From positions 1,500,362 to 1,564,361 of the forward strand of contig NW_003314278.1 in the NCBI RefSeq assembly GCF_000143415.4: a stretch of 64,000 nucleotides of DNA. Reading direction: 5' to 3'. Both the position numbers and the translations under genes were made by a program. Every line of letters starts with the position of its first letter. Position 1 is the first letter of the stretch. Shown piece by piece: positions 37,156-47,961 of this stretch. The notes under the pieces were generated by a model. That model saw only the letters and a list, made by a program, of their open reading frames with translations. It did no database searches and was not told the DNA's origin. The DNA is from Selaginella moellendorffii (Eukaryota; Plantae; Lycopodiophyta).

Positions 37156-40127
37156 ATGGGGGAGGATCGTGAACAGGGGAAAGCGGCTGGGGTCGCGGAT
37201 AAAGGAGACGGGACACCGACATTTGGGATGCAAGAATTCTCAGGGGAGGAAACCCTAGGATCGGCAGCAATGGGCGATCGAGGAGCTGAATCCGAGGCGC
37301 GCGGCGGCGATAGCAGCAGCGGTAGCAGCGGCGACGGCGCGAGGATGGATCAGGTTTTCCATTGGCTGCTCCATTGGCCTTTCATTCTCCACGCCGCATT
37401 GGTCCTCGTTGTGGTGTGGATTCTTTCGCTCCTGGGGATAAATCACGCGATCGTCCCTGTCGTTGGCTTCATCTTTCTCTTTCACGTAAGTGGCTGGCTG
37501 GTCGCTCTTGGAAATTTTTTTTTTCTAAGATAGAATTTTGGATTTCTAGATTGAGAGACGCCATCGCGAGAAGTGGCTCCGGCGGATTCGCCACGAGGAG
37601 CGAAAGCACGCGTTTCAAAAACAGGTATGTGCTGATTGATTGGTCGATCCAGTGTTGTCGGATTGGAGCTCAGCAGCGTGCTGCAGTTGTTATCAGACTT
37701 TGAGAGTGTCCGGTGGCTCAACGAGACTCTCGCAAGAGCATGGCCAGTTTTCCTGGAGAAGTTTGCGTCTCAGGATTTTCTAGCTCCACTCATGCCGTTT
37801 TTCCTGGCCAAGTACAAGCCCTGGACAGTGGTATGTATGTTCTTCGTTTGGTGTTGAATTTTTTCGGAGGAGGTCACGTTTTTCTCCACTCTACTGGCAG
37901 CAAGATGGTGTACTGCAAAGCTTTGCTCTGGGAAGAAATCCACCCATGTTTGCGGGCATGCGAGCTCTGGATCCTTCTGGGACGGATGACGACGTGGTAA
38001 TGTTTCTTGCGAGTTTTTAAACTTCGTTCTCCTAAACTTTCATGTATTTCTTTCAGGTCTTTGAAACTACTATGGAATTTGTGGCAGCTGATGATATGAG
38101 CGCGGTGCTCTCTGTTCAGCTGAGAAAGCGCCTTGGAGGGCTCTGGACAAAGTTACATATCTCGAAGCTACATATTGAAGGAAAGGTATTTGTCTGGTGC
38201 TTTTGGCTGAATGTTTGTAGAAAACTTTTGTTTTGTTTTGAGAAGGTTCGTCTTGGAGTGAGGTTTCATGGGGGATGGCCATTTGTTAGTCGTCTCCGGA
38301 TCAGCTTCGAGAGTGCGCCTTACGTCCAGATCGAAGCACGGCCGCTCTCGACGTATGGGATGGACATGGCTGAGCTTCCTGGAATCGCAAGCTGGCTGGT
38401 AGATAATCTGTCACTCTTTTGTTTTGTTTGTGATAAGCTTTTTGCTTTTCTCTTTGTTCTGAATAGGACACGATGCTGATGGATGCGCTAGAGGACTCGG
38501 TCGTGAAGGTTAGAAGGTTATGCACGATTTTGATTTTGATGATCATTGATTTTTATAGCCAAACATGCTGGTGATAAATGTCGAAAAGATTGCAAATAGT
38601 TGGGCGACATCCGAGTACGCAACTCTTCCAAGTGGTAATTACCTCATTCAAGCCGTGTGATAGGCTTATGATCGGCTTGTTTGCAGCGGAGTCCGCGCCT
38701 CCGGTTGCTGTTGCTGTAGTTGAAATCCTTGAAGCAACACAATTAAAACCGGCTGATGTCAATGGTAAGCTAATATTCATGGATTTTATTTCTGAACCTT
38801 TTCTTTGCTTTTTGCTTTTCGTTCAGGATTGGCGGATCCTTTCGTGAAAGGAGTACTGAACACTAATCGTTTTAAAACGTCAATAAAGTGGAAGACTCTC
38901 AATCCCAAGTGGAGAGAAGTATTTCGTTTGCCCATAAGAAGCTGGGAGATCCAAAACCGTATGATGTTTCACGTGAGGGACAAAGATCTCTTTCGGGACG
39001 ACAATCTCGGGTTTGTGCACTTCTAGTTTGGGATTATGAGACGCTTGTGATTGATGGCGCTACTTTATGAACAGGTATTGCGACGTGTTACTGGCGAAGT
39101 TTAGAGGCGGCGATCGGCATGAAGTTTGCTTGCCCCTTAAAGGCGTAAAAACTGGCCGCATCACTTTCGCAATTACGGTTGAGGAAGCACCCGATTGTCA
39201 ACTCGAAGTGGTAAATTTTGTGGTGATGACGATGATAGTGGTGGTTTTATTCATGATGTTGATACCTTGCTGCAGGAGGTATCGCCTAGTACAAGGCTGA
39301 CTACAGATGGAGATGAATCTTTACCTGATTCACTTGGCTTGGATCATTACGAAATCATTGACACTGGCGTGAGTGCCTCGGGAATATTTTCTATAATGAG
39401 GCCCGGAAAGGCAGTGCAAAAGAAGTGGCGTGGTAGAAAAGGAAGGAAGCTCGATGAAGATGTTGAGTTGCCAGACAATACTCTCTTCAGTGGCAGCCTC
39501 GAGCGAGAGTCCGAATCTAGTGACAGCGAGGGTGACAAATCCGGCCAACCCGGGGGGAAGGCGAGGTTCTGGAAGTGGAGCCACCGTGGACCCCGAGATA
39601 AAAAGCTCGTATCCGGAGAGCTGGTTAGCATCAGCGAGAAAGGAGGACAGATGAAGCTGCGAACAGTTATCGACACGGACTCTGCTGTGACTTCTCCAGC
39701 TCCAGCTCCGGAAGATTCGACGCCAGCATTGTCTTTACCAGATAAGGCCGCTGCTAAACCAAGCGACGTGAGAACCGACTTGACTCCCATCTCTTCTGGC
39801 GTCCAAACTGGCACCAACAGTCAGGTTCCAACACCAAAGCTGGCAGAGGATTCAATGCGAGCCAGTGACGGGCTGGACGACGCTGAATCGCAGGAGGTCT
39901 CCCCCGGCCGGCGATCAATGAGAATAAGGGACAGGGCCAGGGGTGTGGTGAAGCAGGCCGAGAGGACAGCGTCCCATATCGGGCACTCGTTGTTTGGTCG
40001 CAGAAGCGGGAAAGATCTCGTCGCAACTCCCCGGTCAGACAACGCAGAGCCGGAGCAGCAGCAGGGGGTTTGCTCGCCAGAAAGATCCAGCGCAACTACT
40101 CCTACCTCTGATCAACACAGCAACTGA
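37156..40127 (+). CDS. N-terminal TM, SMP- and C2-domain protein (NTMC2 type 6-like), multi-exon
   Basis: Hydrophobic N-terminal segment, LSDFESVRWLN, LGRNPP, ELPGIASWL, PNMLVINVEK, C2 domain (ADVNGLADPFVKG, KTLNPKW, VRDKDLFRDDNLG), then a long disordered tail. Confidence 0.88.
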
Positions 40128-40252
40128 GGATGGATGGATAGCTACGTACGAGAGCGTTATCAGCTAGTTATGATCCGGACGAGTGCTCCTATACTGGATC
40201 GAGACGGCAGGACCAGCAAGACCAGCAAGACCAGCAAAGGTTGGATTTTTAT

Positions 40253-41314
40253 TCACTTCGGGTGGCCGAACCGAGCAGGAACAACCAGCGGCTGCGGAGA
40301 CGAAGTCGAGGACGAGGAGACCAGCCTCAAGGAGCTGATGAGGGGCCGGAGCTGCGCGACCTCGTCGTCCGACTTGAGCAGGAAAGGGTGGTGGAGCAGC
40401 CTGGCGGCGGACGGGCGCTGCGAGGAATTCTTCTGGAGGCAGCTCCGGATGAAGCTCTTGAACTCCGGCGACGCGTCCGGGGGTGGCGAGGGAGGATCCC
40501 CGAGGCAAATCGCCCAGACGAGCGTCGGCCAGTCGGGCTTCTGGCCGGGGGCGACGCAGGGGAAGTAGCCAATGGCGCACTCGAGCAGCGTGAGGCCGAG
40601 GCTCCAGATATCCGCGGAGGAGTCGTAGTGGCCGCCGTGACCATCCGGGTCGAATCTCTCGGGGCTCATGTAGGCGCAGGTTCCAACGAAGGAGTTGCAC
40701 TGGGCGAGAGTGTGCGCGAGCTGGGTGCTCACTCCAAAGTCCGCGATCTTCACCTCGTTCTTCCGGTTGAGCAGCAGATTGGAGGGCTTGATGTCGCGGT
40801 GGACGATCTTGTTGGCGTGGAGGTACATGAGACCCTTGAGCGCCTGGCGCGTCACTCTCGCCAGGAACCTCTCGTCGATGGTCTTGCGGGCGGCCAGGAC
40901 GTTGGCGAGCGTACCTCCGTCCATGAACTCGAGCACCAGCGAGATCTCGCCGCCGCGCTCGAAGACGCCGTAGCACTGGACCACGTAGGGGGATCTGGCG
41001 GAGAAGCGGCGCGTGATCTCGATCTCGCGGACGATGAGCTTGCGCACCGCCGGGTCGTGCTTCTCCTGGATGATCTTGAGCGCGTAGAGGGTGCCGGTGA
41101 TGCGGTGGCGCGCCTTGTAGACCTTGCCGCCGCTGCCATGGCCGAGGATCTCCAGGCGCTCCAGATCCTCGAGGAGGACGTCCCTGCTGGTGGCGCTGCC
41201 GAGAGGATTGGATTGCTGCGGCAGTGGGAGTGGGAGTGGAGGCTTGGCGAAGCCGGCGTCGCGCGCTGGGATGGGGAGCTTGAGACTTGGGCGGAGGCTC
41301 TTCTTCACCGGCAT
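40253..41314 (-). CDS. MAP kinase kinase (group D-like, MKK7/9 type), intronless
   Basis: D-site KKSLRPSLKLPI, GHGSGGKV, HRDIKPSN, DFG, activation loop T-x5-S (TLAQCNS) and VGTCAYMSPERFDP. Confidence 0.93.
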   Translation of the reverse strand: MPVKKSLRPSLKLPIPARDAGFAKPPLPLPLPQQSNPLGSATSRDVLLEDLERLEILGHGSGGKVYKARHRITGTLYALKIIQEKHDPAVRKLIVREIEITRRFSARSPYVVQCYGVFERGGEISLVLEFMDGGTLANVLAARKTIDERFLARVTRQALKGLMYLHANKIVHRDIKPSNLLLNRKNEVKIADFGVSTQLAHTLAQCNSFVGTCAYMSPERFDPDGHGGHYDSSADIWSLGLTLLECAIGYFPCVAPGQKPDWPTLVWAICLGDPPSPPPDASPEFKSFIRSCLQKNSSQRPSAARLLHHPFLLKSDDEVAQLRPLISSLRLVSSSSTSSPQPLVVPARFGHPK

Positions 41315-41420
41315 GGTAGGCGCGACTCGCGAGAGAGGAAGTGAGGGGAAATCTATGAGATCATTGCTCCTCCTCGCGGAATTGGAAGAGTAATTGGGGA
41401 GGAAGATTGGAGCTGCGAGC

Positions 41421-41459
<39 letters not shown>

Positions 41460-41558
41460 AGAAGTCTTTCTTCCTGGAAGGAATGGAGATCCCTCTTCGT
41501 TGTTCTTGCCTCGTCCACGTCAGCCGAACCCCACCTAAATGCGATAAAAACTCCGCGG

Positions 41559-41625
41559 TTTAGGGTTAGGGCTGGCCATTTTAAATTGGGGAATATTCTC
41601 TAAACGTGGCGGCATTTTAGGGTTT
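41559..41625. promoter_or_regulatory. Telo-box motifs (TTAGGGTT) in the divergent MKK/EEF1AKMT1 spacer
   Basis: tttagggttagggc at ~41559 and ttttagggttt just before the ATG at 41626. Telo-boxes are typical of plant translation-related promoters. Confidence 0.55.
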
Positions 41626-42587
41626 ATGGCGGGGGAGGAGGACGATTCTCCTCCGGCGCTCAGCGTCCACGCGCTGGAGGCTTTGCGGGATTTCATGCGG
41701 GAGAGGGATTGCGGCGGTGCTGGCGACGGCGGCGAGGGTAGCGTTGGCGAGGATTGGGGCTTGAGCCAGTTCTGGTACGATGATTTTACCGCTCGGATCG
41801 TGGCCGAGGAGGTCGTTAGGGTGATTGGCGATGCGCCAGAGCGCTCGGTAGCGTGCATCGCATGCCCGTCGCTCTATACGATGCTCAAGGTACGAAGTTC
41901 GAGGAGATTGAAACGCTCTGTTTGTTTTTATCCTTCTTGTTCTTTTGTTCTCTTTTGTGTTTTTCTACGCTCAGCTGTGCTGGATCGATGTGCGCAGAAG
42001 ATCTATCCAGGCATTAGAGCGCATCTCTTCGAATACGATCGTCGTTTCGCTCGTCATGGCAGTGACTTCACTTACTATGACTACAACCATCCAGAGGATT
42101 TGCCTGGACATTTCGAGCACCGTTTCTACGTCGTCGCTGCTGATCCTCCCTACCTTGTAAGAAAAAGCGAGAGAGAGAGAAAAAGAGAAAGAGAAATGGA
42201 TGGAGCTAGAGTGACCATCACCTCAACGTTGTTGCTCTTTAACCTTTTTCTTTTGCAGAGCGAGGAGTGCCTTGAGAAGACCACCCGGGCAGTGCAGTTC
42301 CTGTCCGAGGACCATCAGAAAAGTCCAGTCCTCTTGTTGACAGGTTTGATGCAAGCTTCGTCACCCCCATGAGATGGGACTTTTGCTTTTCGTGTTCTCG
42401 CGTCCTGGGCTCATTCGGTGTATTTGGGTGCTCAGGATCTGTGCAGCAAGAACGGGCTTTCTCCCTCCTGGGAGTACAGCCGTGCGGCTTCAGGCCGGCT
42501 CACAAGCACAAGCTCGGGAACGAGTTTAAGCTCTACACGAACTACGACCCCGGGGAAAATGTAGGAGGCTGGGAGCTTAAAGAGTGA
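41626..42587 (+). CDS. EEF1AKMT1: EF1A lysine methyltransferase 1 (N6AMT2/Efm5 family), 4 exons
   Basis: LSVHALEALRDF, EDWGLSQFWYD, ACIACPSLY, LFEYDRRF, YDYNHP, ADPPYL/SEECL, LLLTG, FRPAHKHKLGNEFKLYTNY. Confidence 0.92.
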
Positions 42588-43085
42588 CAGTATGGTATGT
42601 TGGCTCAACCGTGCTTGTGATCTCTTCCACTTTAACTTCGTCCGGCTCTGTCGTTCTTCAGGCACTTTGTTTTCGTGGCCCCTGTCCAATCACTGGTGAC
42701 GTTCTCGGGCCTGGGACAGCAAAGGATAAGGTGCTCCGTGTGAGTCTTTTGAGCTGGTTTCGTTCTCTACAATGATCGGCTGCACTGCTTTGCAGCGTCA
42801 TCCCCTCGTTCTACGTCAGCAAGGTCCAAGCCCCGAATCGTTTGACAAAGTGCTGGGGTAGTCCTCTCTACTAGTGCTCTGGCAGCTGAGCAACGCCACG
42901 AAAGAAGTTCCAGGTGCCTGAAGAGACGTGACTTTCTCGTCGCTTCCAAGAGTCAAGATTTTACTCTGTGGACGGAGGAGTCTGCTCCAAGCTCGTGAAG
43001 GAGGTCAGGACATCTTATCCTTGGTTGAAAGCCCGAGCATCTGAACATCTTCTCGTACCAATGCCAGGACTTTTAAGAGCGTCTG

Positions 43086-44707
43086 TCATGCCATGATCTC
43101 CAGATGCCGCTGCTGCCGCTCCTTGATCGCTAGCATGTTAGAGAGCAGGACGTACGTCCCGGCCTTCTTCTGGTTGAGCTCAAGCACCTCACTGGCGGCT
43201 TTCTCTCCGCGGGACAAATCCCCGTGAGTCGAGCAGCCACCCAGGAGCGTCTTCCAGGTGATATGATCCGGAAGAACTGGCATGCTCTGGATGAGATCCT
43301 CGGCCTCTCGCAGCTGCCCGGACCGAGCTAAAACATCCACCATGCACTTGTAGTGCTCCAGCGCCGGCTCCATCCCTCGATCATAACTCATGGACCAGAA
43401 GTTCTCGAGGCTCTCTCGGACCTTCCCACCTCGGCTACACGCGGCCAGGATGGCGGACAGAGCAAACTCGTCGGGGTCCTGGCCGTCGAGCTCCATAGCC
43501 CGGAAGAGATTCACGGCCTTGTCGATATGCCCGACTTGGGCATACCCGGCTATCAGCGCTGTCCAGCCGATCACGTTGGGCGATTGGGGGCTCTCATCAA
43601 ACACCGCCTGGGCTTCTTGGAGCTGCCCGTTCTCGGCGTACGCCACCACCATCGTCGTGGAGCATTTGTCATCGCGGTCCCGAACCGGGATGGTGGGAAG
43701 ACTTCCGTGGCTTGCAGCATTTGGCCTTGCTTGGCATAGGCCTGTACCATGGCCGTCTTGGCAACCACGTCCTTCTCGGGCATAGCGTCGAAGACCACCT
43801 TGGCCTGGTCGAGTTCCTTTGCGTGTGCATGGGCCAGGACGAGGAGGCTATACGAGACGACGTTGTGCTCTGGGAGTGTGTCGAAAAGGTGGCGGGCCTC
43901 GGCTCGGTTCCCCGACTCCACAAGGGCTTGGATGAGGCAGTTCCAGGAGACGAGATCTGTGCGTGGAAGCCGCTGGAACATCTCGCGAGCTTCTTCAAGG
44001 TGCCGCCTCTCGGCAAATGCGAGGAGTAGGACGTTCCAGCACATGAGATCTCGCTCCGGCATTTGATCGAAGAACGATTTCGCGTGTTCGATGTTTCTCG
44101 CTAGTGCAAATGCCTTCACCATCACAGTCCAGGAGAAGAAGTTCCGCTGCGGCATTTGATTGAAGAACTCGCAGGCGGCGTCAAGATGCCCGCACCGGGT
44201 ATGTGCTTGAAGCAGCGCAGTCCAGCACACGACGTCTCTCAGCCGCATCAACTCGAAAACTCTCCTGGAGTTTTGGAAGTCTCCCATCTGAGTGGAAGCC
44301 ACTAACATTGCCGTCGAAGCTATGACGCTGTGATACGCCATCCTCTCAAACGAGGCTTTCGCCAACTTAGAATGCCCGCTCTTGGTAAATGCTTGAACCA
44401 GCGAGATCCAGCAAGAAGAACTCCTTTCCGGCATCGAATCGAACATCTTCTTCGCCTCTCGCGCATACCCATTGAGCGCATACGATTGAAACAGACACTT
44501 CCTGGCGCTGGGCTCCGGCTCTGGAATCCGATCAAACACCGCGCGGGCATCCTCCACACACCGACATTTTCCATACGCGTCGATCAAAGGGCCCAAGATC
44601 CTGGAGTCGCTCGCAAAGGGGCTCGCGCGGAGATGGGAATCGATGGCTTTGAGCTTGCGGAGATCGCTACCGCACGACTTGATCCTTGTGACCCATTCCC
44701 ACCACAT
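43086..44707 (-). pseudogene. PLS/E-class PPR gene with a single 1-bp frameshift near 43697
   Basis: ORF 44707-43571 (PPR repeats) switches frame at ATEVF/xTIPVRD into ORF 43652-43086 (ACSRGG, HYKCMVDVLARSG, WKTLLGGC, YVLLSN). Confidence 0.8.
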
Positions 44708-44911
44708 GTAATGCTAGGATATATGCCGCGCGTCACACCCTATATGTGCCGCGCGTCGCGAATACATACCGCCCGGCTCGGTCGATCGTCCGAGAAAATT
44801 GCCGCGCGTCACCGACTAACTACCGTGCGGCTCGATGGCGGCCGGGATAAATGCCGCGCGGTACGTTCGTTTTGGTTGATGCCAGGCGTGCTAGCACTAG
44901 GGGAAGGAAGG

Positions 44912-47013
44912 ATGGAGGCATATTCGCGGGGATTCGCTTCTCTGGCGTGTTCTTCGCTGCCCAGGAATCTAAGCAGCGCTAGGGCTCCACCATTCCATTC
45001 CTCCGCGGATTCCTTCCTTCGCTCCCGGATTTCGTTCGTTCTTTTCTCGCGGGGGCGCCGCGGGGGCGTAGGGCGGCAGCCATTGCGGACGCTGTTCATG
45101 GCGCCCAGGGACGATCTGGAGATTGTTTCCGGGGATGGGGAGCTGCGCAGCGAGATCCTCCACAACATGCCCACGGTGAAGAGGCGCAAGTACCGCGCGT
45201 TCCCGGTGATTGGCAGCAACCGGCATGTGGAGACCGTCTTCGCGGCATTCTACCGCCATCGGCCCAAGATGAGGTTCCGGAGGGAGTGCTTGCGGATGAT
45301 CGATGGCGGCACTGTGGCGCTGGACTGGCCGGTCATGGGCGAGGATCGCGACGCCGCCAAGTGGAGAGAAAAGCTTCCATCCGATGCTCCAGTTCTCATC
45401 TTCCTGGTAAGAACACTTCTCTCTCGTAGAGTTATAGTTTTTTCCTTCTTTTCTTGCATGCTTTGCATGGTTGGAGCTCTTTCTTTTCCATCGTTCTCGA
45501 GGAAGAGTTCTTCGTTGTTTCTTCGAGAACGACGTCGAGCTTGCCAAGTAGTTTTTCTCGTTGTTTCTTCGAGAGCCACGTAGTTCTTCGTTCTTTCTAG
45601 AGCTTGCCAAGTAGTTTTTCTCGTTCTTCGTGTTCTCGATAAGAGTTCTTCGAGAGCTTGCCAAGTACTTCTTCGTGTTCTCGATAAGAGTTCTTCGTTG
45701 TTTCTTCGAGAATCACGTAGTTCCTCGTTAGTTTTTTCCTTGGAGTTCTATGTTTTTTCTTCAAGAGTTTGCTACGTATTTCTTCGTGTTCTCACGGACT
45801 TCTTTGCTCTCCTCAGCCAGGACTAACTGGAGGAAGCCATGACTCGTACGTGAAATACTTGGTTTCAAGAGTTCGAAACATTGGATGGCACACGGTGGTA
45901 TTCAACAGCCGTGGCTGTAGTGACAGTCCAGTTACGTCTCCAAAGGTACCAAAGAGGAACGAAATGCCTTTGTGGTTATTTGATTCTTCTTCTCTTTCGT
46001 TCGTAGTTCTACTCAGCTTCTTTCACAGAAGATTTGAGACAAGTCGTGAGATTTGTGGCGTATCGTTTCCCCGAGTCGAGGATCTACGCGGTCGGATGGT
46101 CGCTGGGGGCCAACATTTTAGTGCGTTATCTCGGCCAGGTTCGTGTCGTCAAGCACAAACTTTCCGACTTGGTTTGTAATTGGCAGGAGGGAGAAAATTG
46201 TATACTCAGTGGCGCAGTGTCCCTGTGCAATCCTTTTGATCTTGTGGTTGCAGACGAGGATTTTCGCAAAGGTTTCAACAACATCTACGACAAGAGCCTT
46301 GCAACGAGCCTTCGGACAATCTTTAGAAAGTAAAGTCACAACGTTGAGTTTCCTTCGTCGTTGTCTGTAATTCGCACTGCAGGCACGCGGCCTTGTTTGA
46401 AGAGATCGGTGGTGAATACAACATTCCTCTGGCGGCCAATGCAAAAACCGTGAGACAGTTTGACGAAGGATTAACTCGAGGTAACGAGTACTTAATAAAA
46501 CCTTGAACTTACACTGTGTGTTTTGGCTTTCGTAGTTTCGTTCGGCTACAGGTCAGTGGATGAATACTATGCCGATGCCAGCAGCTCGAAATCTATCGAG
46601 CACGTCAAAGTCCCATTGTTTTGCATCCAGGTCTTGTTCCTTTCATTTTTGTTTCTAGACAATCTCGTAAAACTCTTCCATTCCAGGCTGCCAACGATCC
46701 TATTGCTCCAAACCGAGCCATTCCTCGTGCAGCAATCAAGGTACGAGCTTTACTCGTGGAAGGAAAGCAATGTTTTTCAAACGAGTTCTTTGTCCAGGAG
46801 AATCGCAATTGTTTGCTCGTGGTGACACCGAAAGGAGGCCACCTTGGCTGGGTCGCAGGCCAAAACGCCCCGTTTGGAAATCCATGGACAGACACTGTGG
46901 TGGTGGAGTATCTGGAAGCAGTCGAGTCGCTCTACAGGGATAGAAAATCAATCCAGAGGGAGCAAGTCTCGAGAAAAGAGGACGATCACGTCGAGATCGC
47001 TTGCGCCACCTAG
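44912..47013 (+). CDS. EMB8/ABHD1-3 (YheT-like) alpha/beta hydrolase with a putative transit peptide, multi-exon
   Basis: NRHVET, RRECLRMIDGGTVALDW, PGLTGGS, NSRGC, GWSLGANIL (catalytic Ser), AANDP (Asp), GGHLGW (His). An alternative start is at 44879. Confidence 0.92.
45490..45790. repeat. Degenerate tandem repeats inside intron 1 of the EMB8-like gene
   Basis: gagcttgccaagta x3, gagttcttcgttgtttcttcgaga x2 and ttcttcgtgttctcgataagagttcttcg x2. Confidence 0.75.
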
Positions 47014-47099
47014 AGCGACGCGGCTGCTCGTTCATAGCTATCGATCGGTGTGTACATAGAGACGATTCTTTCATTCATAAAGAAGAAAAGCGAGAGCTT

Positions 47100-47879
47100 T
47101 CACGCAAACCCGACGAGAGCGCTCGCGAATTCTTCCGGGAGCTCGATCTGGACGTCGATTCCACCGTCCTGGATGAAGCAAAGCTCTCCATTGCGAAGCT
47201 CTTTGGATGTTTTGATGGTAGCATCTTTGAGAAGCTCGTGGTCGCCACACATGCAAAGTGTCGGCTGCGTGATTCTGTCCACCAAGCTCTCGACTTTGAG
47301 AAGAAGAGGGAGCTCCCGCGCCCTGGGATTGCTCTGGAGCATCTCCAGCAGCCTCGAAGCTCGAGCGTGCGGCGGCATTTTGTAGCTTGGCTTTCCCGGC
47401 ACCTTGTTCCTGATCTTCCAGAACTTTATCACGGCTTTGAGATCCTCGTCCTCGAAGTCTGGAGCTTCCGGCACCAACTTCTTCACGCTCTCGTCTAGAA
47501 TCGGGACCCCCCACAGTGCCAGCTTCTTCACACTCTCCGGGAAATCCACCGCAAGCTGCATCGCTATGGCTGCTCCAATGTGATGACCCACGACAATGCT
47601 TGGCTCCGAGAGAGTTAGCAAGGGAATCGCTTCAAAGACGTACCTCGTGATGGTCTCGAGGCTGACTTCGCAGTGGAAGGACTCGCCATAGCCTGGTATG
47701 TCTATCGCCACTGCTTGGTATCCTCGACTTGCCAGCAATGGCATGACGGGCTCCCACATCTTTGACGAGCTTGGATGCTGGTGGAGAAGAAGAAAACTTC
47801 CCAGAGAATTCCCTTCCGGATCGGCGCGGCGATAGTGAATCTGGCCATCGCTCACGGAGACGTAGCCTTTTCGGATCAT
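47100..47879 (-). CDS. Intronless microbial-type alpha/beta-fold hydrolase with a GHHIG elbow
   Basis: 259 aa: GQIHYR, LLLHQHPSSSKMW, AIDIPGYGES, VVGHHIGAAIA, PESVKKL, ITQPTLCMCG, E.PEEF. It has all the Abhydrolase scaffold landmarks, but His at the nucleophile position. Confidence 0.85.
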   Translation of the reverse strand: MIRKGYVSVSDGQIHYRRADPEGNSLGSFLLLHQHPSSSKMWEPVMPLLASRGYQAVAIDIPGYGESFHCEVSLETITRYVFEAIPLLTLSEPSIVVGHHIGAAIAMQLAVDFPESVKKLALWGVPILDESVKKLVPEAPDFEDEDLKAVIKFWKIRNKVPGKPSYKMPPHARASRLLEMLQSNPRARELPLLLKVESLVDRITQPTLCMCGDHELLKDATIKTSKELRNGELCFIQDGGIDVQIELPEEFASALVGFA

Positions 47880-47961
47880 TTTCCACTGTGTAGTAGCCTA
47901 GAACAGTAGTCAACTCAAAAAACAAAAAGAAGAATGGGGTCACTATAACAAAACAACTTTG

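Noticed and set aside
40164-41344. Long alternative ORFs (367 aa on +, 270 aa on -) over the MAPKK
   Set aside because: Shadow ORFs caused by high GC3 codon usage; no domain features.
41315-41518. Extended MAPKK N-terminus with LSLSLS run
   Set aside because: It translates a (CT)n 5' UTR microsatellite from a GTG. The ATG at 41314 directly precedes the docking motif.
44330-44911. N-terminal extension of the EMB8-like ORF antisense to the PPR gene
   Set aside because: It has a non-ATG start and is a stop-free antisense shadow of the PPR. Recognisable protein begins after ~44879-44912.
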